From the NCBI RefSeq assembly GCF_003018115.1, contig NZ_CP027457.1: a stretch of DNA of 64,000 nt; one strand, 5' to 3'. Shown here piece after piece: positions 12,525 through 27,217 of this stretch. The notes beneath the pieces are model-generated. The model had not been told where the DNA came from. It ran no database searches and was given only the letters and a program-made list of their open reading frames with translations. Source of the stretch: Escherichia coli. Lineage in GTDB: Bacteria; Pseudomonadota; Gammaproteobacteria; Enterobacterales; Enterobacteriaceae. The position numbers and the translations under genes were made by a program. Numbering within the stretch: the first letter of the stretch is position 1; each line of letters begins with the position of its first letter.

Positions 12525-14168
12525 TTAGCGAATGTTAATCAGCGCATCAAAAATCGCGTTTGCCGTCTGCAGAACCTGCGCATTCGCCAGGTAATACTGC
12601 TGAAAACGTTGCAGATTTCCGTACTCCTCATCGAGATTGACACCGGAAATCGACTGCTGCTGATTGGAAAGCTGCGTCACCACATTACCTTGCGTGGTGC
12701 TACTGGTTTTCAACGTCGCGGTTTTATTACCGATATCACTCACTAACGAGGCATAAGCGTCGTTAAAGGATTTCGCACCGCCCACCGTTTTACTGTTGCT
12801 TTGCAGATCCAGCAGGGCCTGACCGTTGCGGTTGTCGCTATCACCCGCATCTTCTTCGCTCGCCATCGCTATTTTCGCTTCGTCGGTGATTAATACATCC
12901 ATGTTGACGATGGCGTCACTTACTGGTTTCAGCGTGAAGCTGTCGTTAACGGCAGGCGTTCCTGTAAACGTCAACTCCAGACCATCAAATGCCACTTTAC
13001 CGTTGGCATCTGGCGTCACCGTAAAAGTGGTATTGCTGGCAAGGCGGGTGACCTGGCACTGATTATTATCGAACGAGATTTTGTAATCAGTCGCCAGTAC
13101 CGCGGAGGCATCAGTTACCGTGGCACCGATCGCAACGTTACCTTTGTTTTTCGTGTCTTGCAGAACCGCGGGCTTACCGATAGCAAAGAAATCTTCACCC
13201 GCATCGCCGTTGGCATCAAATCCAGCTTTGTGTTGGCTGTTGAAAGCCTCGGCAAATGCCACCGCCAGTTGTCCAAGCGTATTACGCGTCTGGTCCAGAT
13301 CCTGAGAACGGAATGTCAGAATGCCGCCCAGCGACCCGGTATTCAGTAATTTCTCCGGGATCTCAATATTGCCTGCCGTCCCATCAACATAAGCGACAGT
13401 CGTACGAGAAGGGTCGGCGCTGGAAGGAACTGCCGCCAGTTGCCGCGCCGTACTTCCCTGAACCAGTGAGTAACCATTGGCCATCGTGATGTTATAAGTG
13501 CCGCCATCCTGAACGCTGACTTCTACACCAACAATCTGGTTTAATTCGCTCACCAGTTGATCGCGTTGATCCAGCAGATTGTTAGGTGACGCCCCTGCCC
13601 CCACGCCTGTCAGGCGGGAGATTTGATCGTTCAGGCTGGCGATTTGTTTAGCGTAATTGTTGATCTGATCAACGCTGGCACCTATCGCGATATTGACCTG
13701 TTTGTCCTGGTCGCGAAGATACTGATCGGTGGTTTTAAACTGATTCACCAACCCTTCTGATTTCCCAATCAGCGCCTGGCGCGCTGCCGGGTCTTCCGCG
13801 TTACTCACCAGCGTTTGCAGGCTGGTGAAGAAATCCTGCATCTGTGTTGCCAGCGAAGAGGTACTGGTGGAGAGCATATTGTCGATTTTCGACATCTGCT
13901 CATAGCGGGCAGTCAGGCCGCTACTTTGCGTCTGCGCCGCACGTAACTGGTTGGTAATAAACGCATCATACTCACGCTGCACACCAGAAACATAGACACC
14001 ATTACCAACCCAGCCGCCAGCGCCCAACGTGCTATTGGCCTGCGCCATAATAGTGGTTTGGCGGGTATATCCGGCAACGTTATAGCTGGAGATATTATTA
14101 CTTGCCGTATTTAACGCCGCCTGGGCCGCGTTCAGTCCGCTCATGGCGTTATTGATCAAGCTGGACAT
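12525..14168 (-). CDS. flgK: flagellar hook-associated protein 1
   Basis: 547-aa ORF MSSLINNAMSGLNAAQAALNTASNNISSYNVAGYTRQ... Confidence 0.93.
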   Translation of the reverse strand: MSSLINNAMSGLNAAQAALNTASNNISSYNVAGYTRQTTIMAQANSTLGAGGWVGNGVYVSGVQREYDAFITNQLRAAQTQSSGLTARYEQMSKIDNMLSTSTSSLATQMQDFFTSLQTLVSNAEDPAARQALIGKSEGLVNQFKTTDQYLRDQDKQVNIAIGASVDQINNYAKQIASLNDQISRLTGVGAGASPNNLLDQRDQLVSELNQIVGVEVSVQDGGTYNITMANGYSLVQGSTARQLAAVPSSADPSRTTVAYVDGTAGNIEIPEKLLNTGSLGGILTFRSQDLDQTRNTLGQLAVAFAEAFNSQHKAGFDANGDAGEDFFAIGKPAVLQDTKNKGNVAIGATVTDASAVLATDYKISFDNNQCQVTRLASNTTFTVTPDANGKVAFDGLELTFTGTPAVNDSFTLKPVSDAIVNMDVLITDEAKIAMASEEDAGDSDNRNGQALLDLQSNSKTVGGAKSFNDAYASLVSDIGNKTATLKTSSTTQGNVVTQLSNQQQSISGVNLDEEYGNLQRFQQYYLANAQVLQTANAIFDALINIR

Positions 14169-14199
14169 GGAGGTTCCTTATAAGCCTTCAATTACAGAG

Positions 14200-14226
14200 T
14201 ATTATCGGCAGCGACCCGCCGGACTT
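14200..14226 (-). promoter_or_regulatory. sigma-28 (FliA) class 3 promoter of flgKL
   Basis: Minus strand reads TCAAGTCC-N11-GCCGATAA upstream of flgK (consensus TAAAGTTT-N11-GCCGATAA). Confidence 0.6.
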
Positions 14227-14233
14227 GAGTTAT

Positions 14234-15175
14234 TCAGAACAGATTATCAATGTTCATGCTGTAGGTTTTGCTCACCTTGTCGCTTATCGATTTCATCTGC
14301 TGAATCATGTTGGTGAGTTTACGGGCATAGTGAGGATCGGTGGCATAGCCCGCGTCCTGTAGGGCCTGCGCCCCCTGTTCCGCACTCGCGGCGGTCGTCA
14401 CGGCAGCGTAGCGCGGGTTACGTGTTAACAGCCCAACGTAATCCGACAATGCTTCCAGATACGAGCTGTAGACCCGAAATTTCGCTTTTACTTTCTTCGC
14501 TTCGCCATTTTCATATTCAGTCGTGGTGATTTCAGTAACTGGCCCTTTCCAGTTGCCAGAGGCTTTGACGCCAAACAGGTTATAGCTCGGCTCGCCGTTT
14601 TCGCGGCGGATTTGCCGTTGCCCCCAACCAGATTCCAGCGCCGCCTGAGCGAGGATCAAATGATGTGGCACACCGCTTTGCTGGCTTGCCAGTTGGGCGG
14701 GCAGCGAGAGTTGCGCGAGGAATGCTTTACTGTCACCCGGCAGCGAATCATCGTAGTTACGTGGCACGGCTTTTTGCACCAGCTGCGAAAGCGCCTGGTT
14801 TTGATAACGCACCACGGTTTCGAGCGGGAATTTCATCGGTGCTGCTGACGTGGGCTCCTCTGGCAATGGTTGTTCTGGCGTCATCTGTTTAACCATCATC
14901 TCTGCAAGCCCCAGACCTTTGCCCGCCGTCATCTGTTGGGCAATCTGCTGGTCATACATACTGGTATACAGGCGAGTGTGCTCGCTGCTGAACAGGCCAT
15001 CTTTTGGTAAAGCGTCGCGCATGCTTTTCAACATCATCTGCACGAACATCCCTTCCACCTGACGGGCCACCGGACGGATATTTGCCGCCGGATCTTCGCT
15101 CGCTTTCGCCTTTAGTTCGTTGAGTGATTGCGCATCCCAGGCCGCACTTGCCTGTAGTTTGCTGTCGCTGATCAT
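14234..15175 (-). CDS. flgJ: flagellar rod assembly protein / peptidoglycan hydrolase FlgJ
   Basis: ORF 14234-15205; start placed at [25 protein letters not shown]... by known N-terminus; 1-nt overlap with flgI stop. Confidence 0.9.
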   Translation of the reverse strand: MISDSKLQASAAWDAQSLNELKAKASEDPAANIRPVARQVEGMFVQMMLKSMRDALPKDGLFSSEHTRLYTSMYDQQIAQQMTAGKGLGLAEMMVKQMTPEQPLPEEPTSAAPMKFPLETVVRYQNQALSQLVQKAVPRNYDDSLPGDSKAFLAQLSLPAQLASQQSGVPHHLILAQAALESGWGQRQIRRENGEPSYNLFGVKASGNWKGPVTEITTTEYENGEAKKVKAKFRVYSSYLEALSDYVGLLTRNPRYAAVTTAASAEQGAQALQDAGYATDPHYARKLTNMIQQMKSISDKVSKTYSMNIDNLF

Positions 15176-16275
15176 CAGATGATTTCCAGTTTTGCCCGCA
15201 GACATCCCGCGCTTTGCATAGATTGCAGTATGGACATTAAATCCATTGGGGTGGCTCCCAAGGCGTTGAGCGCGCGCACCACGTTATTGAGGCTGGCGCT
15301 GGAACGTACGCTTTGCAGCGAACCGCCGCTCTGGCGTAAGTCGATCTGCGTTTGTGGAGTAACCACAGTCTGTCCACCACCAAACGGTGTATCTGGCTGG
15401 CTGACATTGGCCTGACGATTGACTGTAACTGAGAGATTCCCCTGCGCTACCGCGCAGCTGTCGAGGGTCACTTCGCGATTCATCACCACCGAACCGGTGC
15501 GCGAGTTAATCACTACTTTAGCGTCCTGCGGGGTGACATTAACCTGCATATTCTGGATATCGGCAAGGAAACGGACCTGGGAACTGTTGCCACTTGGTAC
15601 GCGCACCTGAATAGTCCGCGCATCCAACGCGGTGGCGCTGCCATATCCACGCACGCGGTTGATGGTGTCAGCGATTTGCTGCGCCATGCTGAAATCTTCG
15701 TCGTTAAGTTGCAAATTAAGGGTATTCCCGACGCCAAACTGGCTGGGCAATTCACGTTCAATAACCGCACCATTGGTGATCCGTCCACCGTTCAGTTGGT
15801 TCACCTGAACACTGCTACCGCCAGCGGAGGCTCCTGCGCCGCCAACCAGAATATTGCCCTGCGCCAGCGCATACACCTGACTGTCAACGCCCTTAAGCGG
15901 TGTCATCAACAACGTACCTCCACGCAAGCTTTTGGCATTACCCATGGAAGAAACCACCACATCGATGGTTTGCCCCTGACGTCCAAACGGAGGAAGTGAC
16001 GCTGTCACCATTACCGCAGCGACGTTTTTTAGCTGCATATTGGTGCCCGTCGGAACGGTAATTCCCAGCTGTGAGAGCATGTTATTAAGCGTTTGTGTGG
16101 TAAACGGCGTCTGGGTTGTCTGGTCACCGGTGCCATCCAGCCCCACCACCAGACCATAGCCAATCAGTGAGTTTTGCCTTACCCCCTGAACACTGGTGAG
16201 ATCGCGAATACGCTCAGCCTGAGCCGCCGTCGTAACCAATAGAAGAATTAATGCAGAGAGAAATTTAATCACCAC
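15175..16275 (-). CDS. flgI: flagellar P-ring protein
   Basis: 366-aa ORF with signal peptide (M)[31 protein letters not shown]... Confidence 0.93.
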
Positions 16276-16283
16276 AGCCTCAC

Positions 16284-16982
16284 TTACATTGGCGACAGGT
16301 TAAGGAAGAAACGTTGCAACCAGCCCATATTTTGCGCTTCGTTAATGTAGCCATTGCCTACGTATTCAATGCGCGCATCCGCCACCTGAGTAGACGGTAC
16401 GGTATTGCTGCCGCTGATGGTGCGTGGATTAACCACGCCAGAGAAGCGAATAAATTCGGTACCCTGATTAATGGCAATCTGTTTTTCACCCACCACATGC
16501 AGGTTGCCGTTGACCAGTACCTGGTCAACCGTCACCGTCAACGTGCCGCTAAAGGTATTGCTGGCATTGGCCCCGCCCTTTCCGTTGAACGTGTTACCAC
16601 CGGAGGCTTCGACATCGGCACGAGCGTTACCAAACAGCCCCTGCAAATAGCGCGGCACAGTATCAAAGCCAAAATTAGTTTTACCGTCACGGCTGGCATT
16701 CGCAGAGGAGCTTTTGCTGGCGCTGACGTTCTCCTGCAACACGATGGTCAGCGTATCGCCAATATTGCGTGGTCGACGATCTTCAAACAGCGGTTGATAG
16801 CCATAGTTAATCGGCTGAGCAGACTGGAAAATAGAACCGTTGGCGACAGGCGTCGGACCGGGAACCGGTTGTGCACTGGTCGCCCCCTGCACCAGCGGCG
16901 TGGAGGGTATCCAGGCGCAGCCGGTTAGTGAAAGCACCAACAAGCTGGAAATGGCATAAGTATGCGCAGCGTTTTTTTGCAT
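16284..16982 (-). CDS. flgH: flagellar L-ring lipoprotein
   Basis: ORF 16284-16997; start at [22 protein letters not shown] (lipobox). Confidence 0.92.
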
Positions 16983-17034
16983 GGCTATCATCTTCAAAAA
17001 TCAATAAACCGGTGAACCTGCCACCGGTTATGCC

Positions 17035-17835
<801 letters not shown>

Positions 17836-17862
17836 TTAGTGACAAAGTGCATATGTCTTCTT

Positions 17863-17897
<35 letters not shown>

Positions 17898-17988
17898 AGT
17901 GCTCGCAAAATCGATAAATTGCGATTGCCCCCATAGACCCGATAAACTTGCGCATCGGGCAACTTATACTTGTCATGTATCCTTTCAA

Positions 17989-18744
17989 TTAACTCATCGA
18001 CAGCAGTTGGTTGGCACGGCCTGCGTTATCATCGACGCTGCTGATCACCTTCATCTGCATTTCAAAACGCCGCGCGCTGGCAATCATGTCGCTCATTGCC
18101 GCAACGGCATTGACGTTACTGCCTTCCAGAACACCCGACATCACACGCAAGGTTGGATCTGCCTGCAGTACCGGTCCACGTGTAGCCTGAGTTTCTGCGC
18201 TTAAACGAAAAATGCCGTCGTCACCGCGCTGCACTTCGCTGCCCGTGGCTTTCACCAGCTTCAGACGCCCCACTGGCGCAACCGTATTTGCCGGATCGCC
18301 CGGATTCAGCGCCGAGATTGTGCCATCGGCAGCAATCGTGATTTCCGCCCCTTCCGGCACAGCAATTGGCCCCGCCTCGCCTATCACCGGATGCCCCTGA
18401 ATTGTCAGTTGCCCGGTGGGATCAACCTGAATGCTGCCATTACGCGTATACCCTTCGCTGCCGTCAGCGGTCTGCACGGCCAGCCAGCCATCCTGCTGCA
18501 ATGCAACGTCCAGCGGGCGCGAGGTGTAATCCATCTTGCCGGGCGTCATGTCTGCACCCGGTGTTGACGCCGTTACCAGCGTGCGCGTGGGCAGTGAAAG
18601 CCCTTCCACCGGCACTGCGCGCAAGGCGTTTAACTGCGCGCGAAAACCGGGCGTTGAGGCATTGGCCAGATTACTGGCGGTTACCGCCTGTTGATTCAGC
18701 GTCTGGCTGGCTGCACCCATCGCAGTATAAATTGCGTGATCCAT
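17989..18744 (-). CDS. flgF: flagellar proximal rod protein
   Basis: 251-aa ORF MDHAIYTAMGAASQTLNQQAVTASNLANASTPGFR... Confidence 0.93.
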   Translation of the reverse strand: MDHAIYTAMGAASQTLNQQAVTASNLANASTPGFRAQLNALRAVPVEGLSLPTRTLVTASTPGADMTPGKMDYTSRPLDVALQQDGWLAVQTADGSEGYTRNGSIQVDPTGQLTIQGHPVIGEAGPIAVPEGAEITIAADGTISALNPGDPANTVAPVGRLKLVKATGSEVQRGDDGIFRLSAETQATRGPVLQADPTLRVMSGVLEGSNVNAVAAMSDMIASARRFEMQMKVISSVDDNAGRANQLLSMS

Positions 18745-18763
18745 TGAGCTATCCCGTCAGCGA

Positions 18764-19969
18764 TTAGCGTAAGTTAACCAGCGTGTTGAGGATCTGGTCC
18801 TGGGTTTTGATGGTCTGGGCGTTAGACTGATAGTTACGCTGGGCAACGATCATATTGACCAGTTCTTTACTGAGATCGACGTTGGACGCTTCCAGCGCAC
18901 CGTTGGTCAGGGTGCCAAAGTTTCCCGTCCCGGCTGTCCCCAACAGCGCCACGCCAGAAGATTGCGTCGCAGACCAGACGTTGTCGCCTTCGGATGCCAG
19001 ACCTTCGTTGTTGGCAAAGTTCGCCAGTACAATCTGCCCCAGCAGTTGGGTTTGTTCATTGGAATAGTTGCCGACAACCGTACCGTCATCATTGATTTGA
19101 TAACTCACCAGATCGCCCGGTTTGTAGCCATTCTGGGTGGTTGCCACAATATTGTTAGCGCCGGTATTTTGCTGCATGGAGTTGAGGAAGCTCAGGCTAA
19201 ACGTGGCGGGATCTGCGCCATTAATTGCGCCAGTGGTAATATTCTCTGTTGGATTTGACGTCAGAACGCCATTGGCATTAAACACCAGCTTCATTGCAGG
19301 CTCGGCTGTACCTGTTGGATCACTGCTATCCTGGGTGTAGACCTGCCAGTTATTATCCCCGGTCTTCACAAAGTAGACGCTCATGTCATGAGCATTACCC
19401 TGACTGTCGAAAACAGTCACCGAACCTTTTTTGTTATAGCTATCCGCATTGCTGGCATCAAATGCGTTAACAGTAGGAAGCGGATCACTGGAATTCAGGT
19501 TGATCTGCATCGACGCCGTGGTGGTAGTTTTCGCTGCCATCAGGGTATTCGGGATCGAAATATTGGTCGGATTCGCACCTTGCTGAATAGTCGGCGGCGT
19601 ACCGGTTGCCGGGTAACCCGTCAGCTGTAAACCTTGCATATTCACCAGGTTACGGTTTTCATCCAGCTTAAATTGTCCGTTACGGCTGTAGAACACCGAA
19701 CCGTTGCTGTCTACCAGACGGAAAAAACCGTTCTGGCTGATAGCAACGTCCAGACCACGCCCGGTGTTGGTGGTCGTGCCATCGGTAAAGTCCTGAGTGA
19801 TACCGGCAACTTTTACCCCCAGTCCCACTTTCGAACCGGCAAACATATCGGCAAAAGAGGCCGTGCCTGATTTAAAGCCGTAGGTGGCGGAGTTGGCGAT
19901 ATTGTTGCCAATAACATCGAGGTTGGTGGCGGCAGCGTTTAATCCGCTAACCGCTTGAGAAAAGGCCAT
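18764..19969 (-). CDS. flgE: flagellar hook protein
   Basis: 401-aa ORF MAFSQAVSGLNAAATNLDVIGNNIANSATYGFK... Confidence 0.93.
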   Translation of the reverse strand: MAFSQAVSGLNAAATNLDVIGNNIANSATYGFKSGTASFADMFAGSKVGLGVKVAGITQDFTDGTTTNTGRGLDVAISQNGFFRLVDSNGSVFYSRNGQFKLDENRNLVNMQGLQLTGYPATGTPPTIQQGANPTNISIPNTLMAAKTTTTASMQINLNSSDPLPTVNAFDASNADSYNKKGSVTVFDSQGNAHDMSVYFVKTGDNNWQVYTQDSSDPTGTAEPAMKLVFNANGVLTSNPTENITTGAINGADPATFSLSFLNSMQQNTGANNIVATTQNGYKPGDLVSYQINDDGTVVGNYSNEQTQLLGQIVLANFANNEGLASEGDNVWSATQSSGVALLGTAGTGNFGTLTNGALEASNVDLSKELVNMIVAQRNYQSNAQTIKTQDQILNTLVNLR

Positions 19970-19993
19970 GACTGACTCCTGAAATGTGAAGGC

Positions 19994-20689
19994 TTAAATT
20001 ATCTGCCGTACTTCGTCGAGGGTGGTGGTGCCGTAAGTGCCGAGATCCAGCGTATTACCGTTGTTGCCGCGGATCACACCCTGCACCAGAGCAAACTGCA
20101 GCGGCTGGGCAACCAGTTGTGTACCACCGTTACTGGCGCTAATCGCTACGTTGTAAGAACCGTTCGGCGCAGTGCTGCCGTCAGTCAACGTACCGTCCCA
20201 GGTGAAACTGTGGACTCCGGCGGTCAGTTCACCAATATCAATGGTGCGCACAACCGCGCCATTTTTATCGGTGATGGTGGCCGTAACTTTGTCTGCCGCC
20301 TGTTGCAGCTCAACACCAAACGGCGTGGTCGTGGTCACAGCCCCTTCTTCACTGCCGGTTCCCGCAAGAACAGTGGTGCCGGGGATCATCACGCCGTGAC
20401 CGATCAGGTTACTGGCCTGTAACGACTGGCTGTTATCAATCTGTCCGGAAATAGATCCGAGCGTGGTATTGAGTTTTTCAATCCCGCTGACCGTGCTGAT
20501 TTGTGCCAATTGCGACGTCAGCTCGTTGTTTTCCATTGGATTGGTCGGGTCCTGGTTTTTCAGCTGCGCCACCAACAAAGTCAGAAAACTGCTTTGTAAA
20601 TCTGCGGCGTTGCTGCCCGTGAGCGAACTACTGCTGGTGGTACTGACGCCGGTATTTGTCGGATCGGTGGTGGTTACCGCAATGGACAT
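19994..20689 (-). CDS. flgD: flagellar hook capping/assembly protein
   Basis: 231-aa ORF; Thr/Ser-rich N-terminus, conserved position. Confidence 0.92.
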   Translation of the reverse strand: MSIAVTTTDPTNTGVSTTSSSSLTGSNAADLQSSFLTLLVAQLKNQDPTNPMENNELTSQLAQISTVSGIEKLNTTLGSISGQIDNSQSLQASNLIGHGVMIPGTTVLAGTGSEEGAVTTTTPFGVELQQAADKVTATITDKNGAVVRTIDIGELTAGVHSFTWDGTLTDGSTAPNGSYNVAISASNGGTQLVAQPLQFALVQGVIRGNNGNTLDLGTYGTTTLDEVRQII

Positions 20690-20700
20690 AGCTTTCTCCT

Positions 20701-21105
20701 TTATTGACCGAGCGTAAGGGTTTTCAGCATCATGCTTTTCACCGTGTTGAGCACTTCAACATTGGCCTGATAGCTGCGTGACGCCGACATGGTGTTAACC
20801 ATCTCTCCGACAACATCAACGTTCGGCATTTTTACGTAGCCCTTTGCATCCGCCAGCGGATTACCCGGTTCATAAACCAGTTTGTCCGGGGCCTGACTTT
20901 CTATAACATCGGCAACCTTTACGCCGCCTGTCGCAGCACCTGGTGCAGCGTTAACCTGGAATACCACCTGTTTTGCCCGATATGGCTGTCCATCGGGACC
21001 GGTCACGCTATCAGCATTTGCCAGATTACTGGCCGCCACGTTCAGGCGCTGGGACTGGGCAGTTAACGCCGACCCGGCGATATCAAAAATATTCAGCAGT
21101 GCCAT
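20701..21105 (-). CDS. flgC: flagellar proximal rod protein
   Basis: 134-aa [36 protein letters not shown]... Confidence 0.93.
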
Positions 21106-21108
21106 CCG

Positions 21109-21525
21109 TTAATTTCCGCTCTGTAAAACGTTCATCATGCCTTTGATTTGCCCGCTCAACGCACTAAGGCTCATCTGGTATTGCAGGCTGTTATCGGCAA
21201 ACTGGGTGCGTTCGCGATCCATATCGACGGTATTACCGTCAAGCGAAGGCTGGTCCGGAATGCGGTATTGCAGTTCTGCGGTAGGAGGCGTCAGCGCCTG
21301 CGCCGGAATGTGTTGCGTTGAGGTCATCGTCAGAGCAACCACACTGGTTGCATCCCGTCCACGTTGCATGACTTTTTTAAGTTCACTGGCAAAATCGATA
21401 TCGCGCGCCTGATAACCAGGGGTATCGGCATTGGCGATGTTTGCTGCCAGCACTTCCTGACGCTGGGCGCGCAGATTGAGCGCCTCTTGTTGAAAACGTA
21501 AGGCGGCGTCGAGCTTATCGAGCAT
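21109..21525 (-). CDS. flgB: flagellar proximal rod protein
   Basis: 138-aa [48 protein letters not shown]... Confidence 0.93.
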
Positions 21526-21680
21526 ATCTCCTCCGCAGGTATCAAAATTCTGCCATCAGCTTAAATGCCTTTACGCGCGCGTTATCGGCGGAATAAACGC
21601 AAAATGGGTCGCTATTTATGCCGTTGATGACCATTGGGGACGGGTACAATTCACGTTGTAGAAATAGCTGGGGGGCGAAA
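21526..21680. promoter_or_regulatory. divergent class 2 (FlhDC-dependent) flagellar promoter region flgB <-> flgA
   Basis: Intergenic region between divergent flgB and flgA; known architecture, individual sites not resolved by eye. Confidence 0.5.
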
Positions 21681-22340
21681 ATGCTGGCAATAAAACGTAG
21701 CGTGGCGATCATCGCGATACTGTTCAGTCCGTTAAGTGCGGCGAGCAATCTCACATCGCAATTGCACACCTTTTTTAGCGCCCAGCTCGTGGGGGTAAGT
21801 GATGAGGTTCGTGTTTCTATTCGTACAGCACCCAATCTGCTACCGCCGTGCGAGCAGCCATTGCTTTCGATGAGCAATAATTCCCGCCTGTGGGGCAATG
21901 TGAATGTGTTGGCACGCTGCGGTAACGACAAACGATATTTACAGGTTAATGTACAGGCCACAGGAAATTATGTGGTTGCCGCGATGCCCATTGTACGTGG
22001 AGGAAAGCTGGAAGCTGGCAATGTCAAACTGAAACGCGGACGGCTGGATACCTTGCCACCGCGTACGGTGCTGGATATCAATCAACTTGTTGATGCCGTT
22101 AGCCTGCGCGATCTATCACCCGATCAACCTATCCAGTTAACCCAGTTTCGCCAGGCATGGCGGGTAAAAGCGGGACAACGCGTCAACGTGATCGCCAGCG
22201 GTGATGGGTTTAGCGCCAACGCAGAAGGTCAGGCGCTGAACAATGCAGCCGTCGCACAGAATGCACGGGTGCGCATGGTAACTGGACAGGTAGTCAGCGG
22301 CGTTGTTGATGCAGATGGGAATATTCTTATAAACCTGTAA
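21681..22340 (+). CDS. flgA: flagellar P-ring assembly chaperone
   Basis: ORF 21618-22340; start at MLAIKRSVAIIAILFSPLSAAS (signal peptide). Confidence 0.9.
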   Translation: MLAIKRSVAIIAILFSPLSAASNLTSQLHTFFSAQLVGVSDEVRVSIRTAPNLLPPCEQPLLSMSNNSRLWGNVNVLARCGNDKRYLQVNVQATGNYVVAAMPIVRGGKLEAGNVKLKRGRLDTLPPRTVLDINQLVDAVSLRDLSPDQPIQLTQFRQAWRVKAGQRVNVIASGDGFSANAEGQALNNAAVAQNARVRMVTGQVVSGVVDADGNILINL

Positions 22341-22345
22341 GCTGT

Positions 22346-22372
22346 TAAAGATTACCCGTCCCTTGCCGATAA
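22346..22372 (+). promoter_or_regulatory. sigma-28 (FliA) class 3 promoter of flgMN
   Basis: TAAAGATT-N11-GCCGATAA ~45 nt upstream of flgM. Confidence 0.7.
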
Positions 22373-22415
22373 ATAAGCAACACATGATAAAAGCGCCCTC
22401 AATGAGGAATAAACC

Positions 22416-22709
22416 ATGAGTATTGATCGCACTTCGCCTCTGAATCCCGTAAGCACCGTTCAACCGCGCGAAACCACTGACGCGCCGGTAACGAACACCC
22501 GGGCGGCAAAAACAACAGCCTCCACCAGCACCAGTGTGACGTTAAGCGACGCGCAAGCAAAACTGATGCAACCCGGCAGCAGTGATATCAATCTTGAACG
22601 TGTCGAAGCGTTAAAACTGGCGATTCGTAACGGTGAACTAAAAATGAACACCGGCAAAATTGCCGATGCGCTGATCAACGAAGCGCAGCAAGACTTGCAG
22701 AGTAATTAA
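22416..22709 (+). CDS. flgM: anti-sigma-28 factor
   Basis: 97-aa [30 protein letters not shown]... Confidence 0.93.
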   Translation: MSIDRTSPLNPVSTVQPRETTDAPVTNTRAAKTTASTSTSVTLSDAQAKLMQPGSSDINLERVEALKLAIRNGELKMNTGKIADALINEAQQDLQSN

Positions 22710-22713
22710 TCGT

Positions 22714-23130
22714 ATGACGCGTCTTGCAGAGATCCTCGACCAGATGTCCGCTGTGCTTAACGATCTCAAAACGGTAATGGATCAAGAGCAGCAACATCTC
22801 TCTATGGGGCAGATCAACGGCAGCCAGTTGCAATGGATTACAGAACAAAAAAGCTCACTGCTGGCAACGTTGGATTACCTCGAACAGTTACGCAGGAAAG
22901 AACCCAATACAGCAAATAGCGTTGATATTAGTCAACGCTGGCAGGTAATTGCTGTGAAAACGCAGCAACTACGCCAAATGAATCAACATAACGGCTGGTT
23001 ACTGGAAGGACAGATTGAGCGCAATCAACAGGCGCTGGAAATGTTGAAACCGCATCAGGAACCGACGCTATATGGGGCGAACGGTCAGACCTCAACAACC
23101 CATCGCGGCGGTAAAAAGATTTCGATCTGA
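22714..23130 (+). CDS. flgN: flagellar export chaperone for FlgK/FlgL
   Basis: 138-aa ORF MTRLAEILDQMSAVLNDLKTVMDQEQQHL... Confidence 0.92.
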   Translation: MTRLAEILDQMSAVLNDLKTVMDQEQQHLSMGQINGSQLQWITEQKSSLLATLDYLEQLRRKEPNTANSVDISQRWQVIAVKTQQLRQMNQHNGWLLEGQIERNQQALEMLKPHQEPTLYGANGQTSTTHRGGKKISI

Positions 23131-23169
23131 AGATTATCTCCGGCCTGCACTGCAGGCCGGAATGCATTG

Positions 23170-24792
<1,623 letters not shown>

Positions 24793-24814
24793 CTACCGCC
24801 AGATGTTACAGGGT

Positions 24815-25738
24815 TTATTCACTCATCGCATCGCGCCAGATCTTGTCAACGATACGTTGCGCCAGCACTGCCTGTTCGCCGGCGGTTTGCGGAACTGTCT
24901 GATTTTGCACACATTCAATGAAGTGCCGCGCACAGCCGACAAATCCACGTTGCTCAAGCGTGCTCTGCCAACCAGGAATCGGTTTATTCACTACACCCTG
25001 CCCACGCTCCTCACGCCATTCGCGCATTTCCGTAATGTCGATGAGCGCCCCGTCAGTCACGGCCTGCACGGTTTCACGCTGACTTCCGGCACGGCGATGC
25101 ATACAAGTGGTGATCTGCAAAGGACCGGCCGAAAAATGGTGCTCGGCAAACAGCATTTCGCCAGCGTCGTTAGTCAATAGCGTACCGCCATCCAGAGAGG
25201 CTTTGCCGCCCGACAACCACAGCGCGGTATCCACCACATGCAGATAATCATCCAGCAACGTGAAATAAAGATCGTTTGGCCCGACGCTATTGCTACGATG
25301 TTTATCCATTCTTAGCGAGGCTGCGGTGGCGAGTTGCGTTTTTAACTCACCGTAGAGTGGTGCGAAACGACGGTTAAAACCGACCATCAACGTCAGTTTT
25401 TTCCGCGCCGCCAGTTCCACCAGCCGTTCAGCATCGCGCAGATTTTCTGCCAGCGGTTTATCGACACAGACATGTACCCCCGCATTGAGTAACGTACTGA
25501 CCACGTCAAAGTGACTGGCGGTGCTGGAATGTACAAAAACCGCATCGCAACTGGCGGCAAGGCTGGATAACGAATCGGCATAAGGAATGCGCCAGCTTTC
25601 ACAAATTGGCAGGGCTTTCGCGCGCGTAGGCGACCAGGCTCCTTGTAACGTCCAGTCAGACGCTGCCGCCAGCACCGGTAACCACGCTTTTTGCGCAATG
25701 CCGCCTAATCCCACTACGCCGATACGTAATTTTTTCAC
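24815..25738 (-). CDS. yceM: Gfo/Idh/MocA-family oxidoreductase YceM (MviM)
   Basis: ORF 24815-25771; probable GTG start at VKKLRIGVVGLGGIAQKAW (Rossmann motif). Confidence 0.85.
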   Translation of the reverse strand: MKKLRIGVVGLGGIAQKAWLPVLAAASDWTLQGAWSPTRAKALPICESWRIPYADSLSSLAASCDAVFVHSSTASHFDVVSTLLNAGVHVCVDKPLAENLRDAERLVELAARKKLTLMVGFNRRFAPLYGELKTQLATAASLRMDKHRSNSVGPNDLYFTLLDDYLHVVDTALWLSGGKASLDGGTLLTNDAGEMLFAEHHFSAGPLQITTCMHRRAGSQRETVQAVTDGALIDITEMREWREERGQGVVNKPIPGWQSTLEQRGFVGCARHFIECVQNQTVPQTAGEQAVLAQRIVDKIWRDAMSE

Positions 25739-25739
25739 T

Positions 25740-26982
<1,243 letters not shown>

Positions 26983-27217
26983 TCTATACCTACTCCTTCC
27001 CGTAACGTCTTTAATACGCTGTAAGTATTACTATACCTGCGCAACCAGACCCTGTGAAAAGCCCAAAATGCCATTTTCTGCATTATTCACATATTTGATA
27101 AAAACTCTCTATCAAAGCGACGTTTTGATAAAAAAATATTGTCCCCGAAGTGATGGGAAAAGTCTTAGCGGCAATGCAGAATAGATAGTGCTCATCTTTT
27201 ATTTCCCGGGAGGGGAA

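Noticed and set aside
16314-16928. 204-aa plus-strand ORF
   Set aside because: Antisense to flgH; no independent support.
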